Source: Lophium mytilinum
Taxonomy: Eukaryota
DNA length: 64,000 bases
Reading direction: 5' to 3'
Assembly: GCA_010093605.1 (NCBI GenBank)
Contig: MU004203.1
Span: 512,391-576,390 of the forward strand
The position numbers were made by a program, and so were the translations under genes. Within the stretch, counting starts at the first letter, position 1. Each line of letters starts with the position of its first letter. Shown here piece after piece: positions 58,808 through 64,000 of this stretch. The notes beneath the pieces are model-generated. The model was not told the DNA's origin. It saw only the letters and a program-made list of their open reading frames with translations, and did not search any database.

Positions 58808-59209
58808 CTAAAGTGGCGCTAGAAACCACTCGACCATCCAGCAAAACCACTCCCATATCGTACCCGGCAGATCTGCAATGCCCATGAACAGGATGAATCC
58901 AAGTAGTTGGCGTCTCAGAGCCGGCAAGCGATGCGTATTATCCAGGATGAATGCTCGTGTGTAGAGTTGGATATCGTTCCCCTGAATGATGGCCCATGCT
59001 AAGGCGCCGGTAAATATATACACTTGATACACTCTATCCCAGGTTATCCAATTAAAGGAAAAGAACTCGCCAAACATGTCGCAGACTGTTTCGACTCGTA
59101 AAGGCAGCGTGACGGAGAGAGACACCTCGAGGGGGGGGTTTTGGTCGAGACGTCGGATGAGGCGTCGAATGAAGTTGGGTAGCGTGTATGCGAGAGTAAC
59201 GGTAGTCAT
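58808..59209 (-). CDS. Small membrane protein, 133 aa (array gene G)
   Basis: ATG 59209 MTTVTLAYTLP...; aromatic/hydrophobic C-terminal segments; N-terminus resembles gene A. Confidence 0.55.
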   Translation of the reverse strand: MTTVTLAYTLPNFIRRLIRRLDQNPPLEVSLSVTLPLRVETVCDMFGEFFSFNWITWDRVYQVYIFTGALAWAIIQGNDIQLYTRAFILDNTHRLPALRRQLLGFILFMGIADLPGTIWEWFCWMVEWFLAPL

Positions 59210-60263
59210 TCTTGATCTGCTATGAATAGCTGGGGAGTGGCTTGAAAATACTCGAATGGACAAAATGTGTGTATGAGATGGGACCGGCTTGATATCGATG
59301 GTCGGCCGGACAAAACGGATGACTGAGTGAGATGTAGAGATGTTTGGATGGGGACCATGAAATGGATTGAGAAGAAGGTACCGTATACCTAGGGACACGC
59401 GTGGAAAGCAATCGCACCTGAGTACTGTACAGCGCCAGGAAAGTGCGGTGTGCGCTTTCTTGCGACTGCCATAGATGGGCACCTCAACCCATTCTGGGAG
59501 GCCCCCAGTTCGTTATCCATAATCGCCGGTAAAGCTCCCGAGTCACTTTAAGCAACCGGATGGGAGACTTTACCCATCTGGGCCAGTGATGTCTGCCAAA
59601 CGTAACTTTGTCGCGAAAAGGCCGAGATAGACATCTCCCTGCGACTACCGCCGTTGCCTCAGCATGATTTTAGTGAAGCGAAAGGGGTATAGGTGCATAG
59701 CTATGAAAGCTCTTTGGGTTTGCTCAGCTGTCTCAAACAATGTCGTTTGAAAAGTGAACCGATTTGCACTTCAGTTCCGTATGCCCGTGGCACATCTTGA
59801 GGCGTAGGACTCTTTTTAGGTTTATTCTAACCAGTTTAGGGCATCAGTTCAGGTACACCTTCTTCCCACCGTCTAGACTACTTCAGCCCTCTCTCAAATA
59901 TACGATCGAGAAGGGGAGCTCATCACTCTTTAGGTCTGGTATGCTCTAGAACCCTCCAGGGACATAGTTGCTCGTTTGATTTGAGATAATTTTCACGAAC
60001 ATCGAAGTCCGGAACACCGCAAGGTCTAGGAAGTATACATATCGGTATTGTATCCATATTACTTACCGGTAATGCACCTCTGTACCCATGGGTCACTGAC
60101 AATAGTGTCGCCACGAACCAGACTTTACGAAACTTATCTGAGTCATCCAAATATAGATACCTTGTAAAACGCACCTGTTTCTCCCATCACGACATCTGCC
60201 ATCTCTGAAATCCATAACTGTCCACACACAACAGCCCAAACGAGATACCCCCAAAAGCCCAAA

Positions 60264-60536
60264 ATGCCAGCAGCCCCGGAAGGTTTCGGCGAGCCTCGAA
60301 CTGAAACCGAACGCCAACATCAAGAAGAACGCATACGCCGAGCAGAACACCTCCACCAAGCTCAACTCCAAGAACAGGGGCGGTACGTGCCAATCCTATG
60401 TGCAAAATTACTCGCACTCGCCTTTCTTGTAGGCGGTTTTTGCGGACTCGTCGAAGGGTTTGTCGCCTACTTGTTTGGCAGCAACGACAACACTCGTATA
60501 CCAGCAACAATGTGGAAATCGAAAGAGACGTGGTAG
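60264..60536 (+). CDS. Small protein, 90 aa, charged helix followed by a hydrophobic segment
   Basis: AAAATG context after a CA-rich leader; ILCAKLLALAFLVGGFCGLVEGFVAYLF. Confidence 0.45.
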   Translation: MPAAPEGFGEPRTETERQHQEERIRRAEHLHQAQLQEQGRYVPILCAKLLALAFLVGGFCGLVEGFVAYLFGSNDNTRIPATMWKSKETW

Positions 60537-61119
60537 GTTGGACGAGCTCAGAAGGAGATAGGCTGCGAAGCCTCGATTGCTATATCTCGGGGCTAGATTG
60601 CGGGTCATATGGTAGCAAGGCTATTGGAAGAAGACGTACCAAAAACCGGGCGAGATTGGAAGTCACCAAAGTCATTCACTATGATTTGCATTTCAATTTA
60701 TCGTTGGCTTACGGAGCTGCTGTAAAATAGCCACGTGAATGTACAGATCTGAACTTCAAACAGCGCCGCGAAAGTGGAGAAGCGATGTGAATAATGATGT
60801 TGATTGCGTATAGTAAAGGATGATCACGCACTCCTCGATCGCAGCTACAGCATAGGCGAGGACACAAGGGACGGTGGTATGAGTATGGCGCCGTCTCGCT
60901 ACCGCGTGTCTGGATCTCGATGGGGGTATACAGCTTGACGATCTTCGGGTCTGCTGCGCATTATGAAGCGAACATGCGGAGTCTTGGGGTTTGTTCAGAG
61001 GTTCTTGACGACGATAGACTCAAAAACTTCATGCCGATTAATATGACAGACGAAGGTAGTATTACACGTTCGAATGTTCATTCCCAACATATCCGTCCTC
61101 TCTCTTACGAAGCAGACGG

Positions 61120-62076
61120 CTACGCTCCAGCAACCGGCGTAAGCTTCACGTTATCAATCCAGGTATCCTTCTGGTTTCCCACGTCCTGTGCAAAGCTAAT
61201 CGTAAATCTCACAATCCCCGTCGAGTACTGCGCGCCCGCCGGCACCGCAAAATCGCTCCCCGTAAACGTTACCATCATATCTGAAGTCCACCCTGTCACT
61301 GGAACTGCCGCGACTTGTACCGCTGCATTAGGTCCAGCGCCCAGGAAAGCTTTGACGCTGGACTGCCCACTGTAGAGATTGCGCCGCGCGGTAAAAGACA
61401 GCCGGTACATTGTCCCCGGGCACAATATCAAAGACTGCACGAAGGTCTGATCTAAGTTGGGGTTCGTGTTGTCGATGCGCCCCCGGATCACCCATGCTTT
61501 GTCGCTGCCTTTGTAGCTGCTACCAAGGTATGCGCGCTCGACGTAGCCGTCGGTGCCGCCGGGGAGAGGCATCCAGGGGGCCATGCCGCTTTCGAAGGAG
61601 CCATTGACAATGGGGTCGGTGGTTGTTGGGCAGGCGGCGGTCGTCGTAGTTACAGAGCTAACGGTGAGGGTGGACGTGGCTGTGGTAGGGGAGCACGCGG
61701 GCAGATCGGTGCTGGAAGAGGTTGATTCGGGCACGAGGACAGCGTCGCAGGTCCCTTCCTCAGCGAAGGGCACACCCATGCTTTTCTTGAGGTAGCACAC
61801 TTGACCTCCGGTGTAGGCGAGATTGACACAGGCTGGGTCGGCTGCGCATGCTGCAACGCACTCGGTGAAGCTGAGGTCCCAGATGGGGCCACCGAGGTTG
61901 TTGGTGGATTTGACGACGTCGGTGGAGATAAGGAATTTCTTCCCTTCGGTCATGTAGGTAGAGCCATCTGCATAGCCATGGCAACTAGAAGAATCGCGTC
62001 TGGAGAGAGGCCCAAGTGCAAATGCGCTGGAGAAAGAGAGGAAGATCGCTGTAGCGAACGTGAATTTGGATAACAT
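61120..62076 (-). CDS. Secreted protein: PAN/apple-like domain, Ser/Thr linker, carbohydrate-binding-like beta-sandwich, 318 aa
   Basis: Signal peptide plus RR site; ECVAAC..C..CYLK; IVNGSFESG..PW...Q...Y.LSF..R...WIDNVKLTP (CBM4/9-like pattern). Confidence 0.8.
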   Translation of the reverse strand: MLSKFTFATAIFLSFSSAFALGPLSRRDSSSCHGYADGSTYMTEGKKFLISTDVVKSTNNLGGPIWDLSFTECVAACAADPACVNLAYTGGQVCYLKKSMGVPFAEEGTCDAVLVPESTSSSTDLPACSPTTATSTLTVSSVTTTTAACPTTTDPIVNGSFESGMAPWMPLPGGTDGYVERAYLGSSYKGSDKAWVIRGRIDNTNPNLDQTFVQSLILCPGTMYRLSFTARRNLYSGQSSVKAFLGAGPNAAVQVAAVPVTGWTSDMMVTFTGSDFAVPAGAQYSTGIVRFTISFAQDVGNQKDTWIDNVKLTPVAGA

Positions 62077-62170
62077 AATGGGGGATGAGTGAGAGACTGA
62101 AGTTGGATGCCGCAGAAATGAAAGCGAGTAGAAAATCTAGGGATCAAAAAGGTTGAAGACGAGATTGCCT

Positions 62171-62807
62171 TTATGGTGTTCTTCTCAGCGCGTCAATCTC
62201 CTCGCCAAGAAGATCTCGAAGGCGCTGTTCAAGAACTATCGATACACCTTTGTGGCCTCGACTATCATCGTGGGTATCGACCCACCCTCGCGTAGAAGGT
62301 ATTGCTGTTTTGTTCATACTATCAGCCAGCCTTGTCGACGCCGCCGTGTTTCTGACCGCAGCCACCTTTTATGCCAAGCCGAAGAGGTCGAAGGAAGCAT
62401 TTCAGGGGTAGAACTATGTAGGGATCTTCACCGTCCGACGAAGACTTCCTAAGTAAATCATCTACAAGCTTCTTGCCTCGCACACACAGTCCCCTTTCAA
62501 TACTCGACTTTACGTCGAAGGGAGTGGCTGTACGGTGAAATGGCGATGAAGTTGGTGGCAGGGAGAGAAGAAGTCGGAGTCTCCGAGCGCGCCAAGTATG
62601 TGGCGCTGAGCTAGAAGAGTCCCGCGGTCTTAGCTTAGGTAAGACTAATGAAGTGGCGCTATGGTAATTGTGGCCATGCACTAAATACAGCCTTGAATTC
62701 TCTAAGGGGAAGAGGCTACGTACACATGTAGGTCTAGAGAAGTCTTTAGTTGTAGTAGTAGCCCTAATAGTGTGACTATGCCTAAGTGAGCGTGTCCGCA
62801 GTTTCAC
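62171..62807 (-). pseudogene. Possible RIP-mutated gene relic
   Basis: 62600-62790 is visibly rich in TAG/CTA/TAA; overlapping minus-strand ORFs (161 aa and 64 aa) in different frames lack a good ATG. Confidence 0.3.
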
Positions 62808-63422
62808 CCAATCCTATTCATCATCCAATCATATTGTTCAAAGCTTCCCGCCTCGGTTTCATCTCACCGGTCGCTGTAAACCAGACACCATAGAAAGACA
62901 ATAAAGGGAGTTTGACAGTGAGTATTCCAACACAGTGAGTTTCACCATCGTTTTCGTACCAACTCTTGACTCGCTCCTCGATCGGCTGAGAGCTGGGACG
63001 AAGCTAACCAAGTACTTTCGATACCCGTGCGAATATCTGCGGGATCATTAGCGCAGAAGTTTTTCTCGTTGAAGAGATTAATAGCATGTTTCGAGCTGGA
63101 GGTAAGTCCGGGATCGCTGGAGTATTTCTTTGACTCTCCATTATTGGGCTCGTCCAGTACGCTCAGCCGCACTACTCTTGTTGTTTAGCGTACATGAACG
63201 AGATCCTTAGCTGCACGGTTGCTAGAGCTTGAAAGCACATAGTGCATTCCTCAAGCTAACTAAAGTCATATCCTCGAGTCTCGCCTTTTTACAAGTGCAA
63301 AGTCTTCGTCGTTCCTGATCAGATATCATCTCGCAGCTAGAGGAAATTGCGCTCCCAATAAGCGATGACGTGTCCTTCATGACTGATTTCCTTCGCGACC
63401 TATACCCAGGAGGAACCAGTGT

Positions 63423-64000
63423 TTATCCAGCCACAGAGGACGGTCGTCTCTTGTTTTTCACGGCAAGCATGCCCTCTCGTACATACGACACCGCTATGGC
63501 TGTTGCAGCAGGTCCGACACAAAGTACCCCCATTGTCATCATCGTGGCAGCACTTGCCAGCGATATATCCATTCTACCAACCCGCTTCAGATCCCAGAGA
63601 GTTAAGAAGGAACCTGCGACCATGGCGGTGAAGATGATTTGGAAATCGACCTGGAAGATGTAATGCAGGGCTTCAGACATTGCTATCTCGTTGCCTAGCG
63701 GGACACGCCACAACGCATGTTTGAGACTCATTTGTGGGCTTGACGATAATAGGCAAATCGTCACCACAGCAATGTGGGTACTAGCTGTGATGGCGAAGCA
63801 GGTGATGTAGATGAGGTCGAGGTATTTGAGCGTGCCGGGAGACTGAGAAGCTGTGGCCTTAGGAGTGGCGGGCTCCTTCCCCATAGTAGTAGAGATGAAA
63901 AAGAGGAGAACATTGACAATAATCGGGCTGACCTGCCAAAGAGCGATGGTGCCTTGGGTGATGTTCAAGCCTGGATCTGGAAACGGTAGATACATAAAGA
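63423..64000 (-). CDS. C-terminal part of a multi-pass membrane protein resembling secondary-metabolism AtmA/PaxA/CtvD-type proteins or the membrane tail of FAD monooxygenases (5' end outside window)
   Basis: WQVSPI, Y..CF....THI, FQVD, VGPAA....YVRE pattern with several TM helices; frame is open to the window edge. Confidence 0.6.
   Translation of the reverse strand, partial: FMYLPFPDPGLNITQGTIALWQVSPIIVNVLLFFISTTMGKEPATPKATASQSPGTLKYLDLIYITCFAITASTHIAVVTICLLSSSPQMSLKHALWRVPLGNEIAMSEALHYIFQVDFQIIFTAMVAGSFLTLWDLKRVGRMDISLASAATMMTMGVLCVGPAATAIAVSYVREGMLAVKNKRRPSSVAG

Overview
Eukaryotic, intron-containing DNA from a filamentous ascomycete (GT-AG introns with CTRAC/CTAAT-type branch points; Pezizomycotina-like gene set). 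No rRNA, tRNA, CRISPR or intact transposon was found. Recognisable genes, left to right: secreted S53 tripeptidyl peptidase, S10 serine carboxypeptidase, Nop13-like RRM protein and Air1/2-like zinc-knuckle protein (head-to-head), NBR1-like ZZ/FW autophagy receptor, A1 aspartic protease, CPA1 Na+/H+ antiporter, F-box protein, Rsm24 and Alg13 (head-to-head), oxalate decarboxylase, RING protein, serine racemase/dehydratase, HAD hydrolase, Iec3, Orm1, a secreted PAN/CBM-like protein and a truncated membrane protein. Two accessory stretches (7-16 kb and 52.8-63.2 kb) hold orphans and relics. The best candidate for an undescribed system is a co-oriented array of seven short intronless genes at 52.9-59.2 kb. 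Five encode single-pass membrane proteins with a polybasic stop-transfer stretch, three of them ending in canonical PY (L/PPxY) motifs. They are bracketed by two related genes of a second family. Other leads: a highly structured 349-nt intron beside a 15-nt microexon at the S10 catalytic motif, an orphan with Pol II CTD-like repeats, a Som1/Flo8-type motif inside NBR1, and a frameshifted Zn-cluster-like gene. All exon boundaries were read by eye; no database searches were run.
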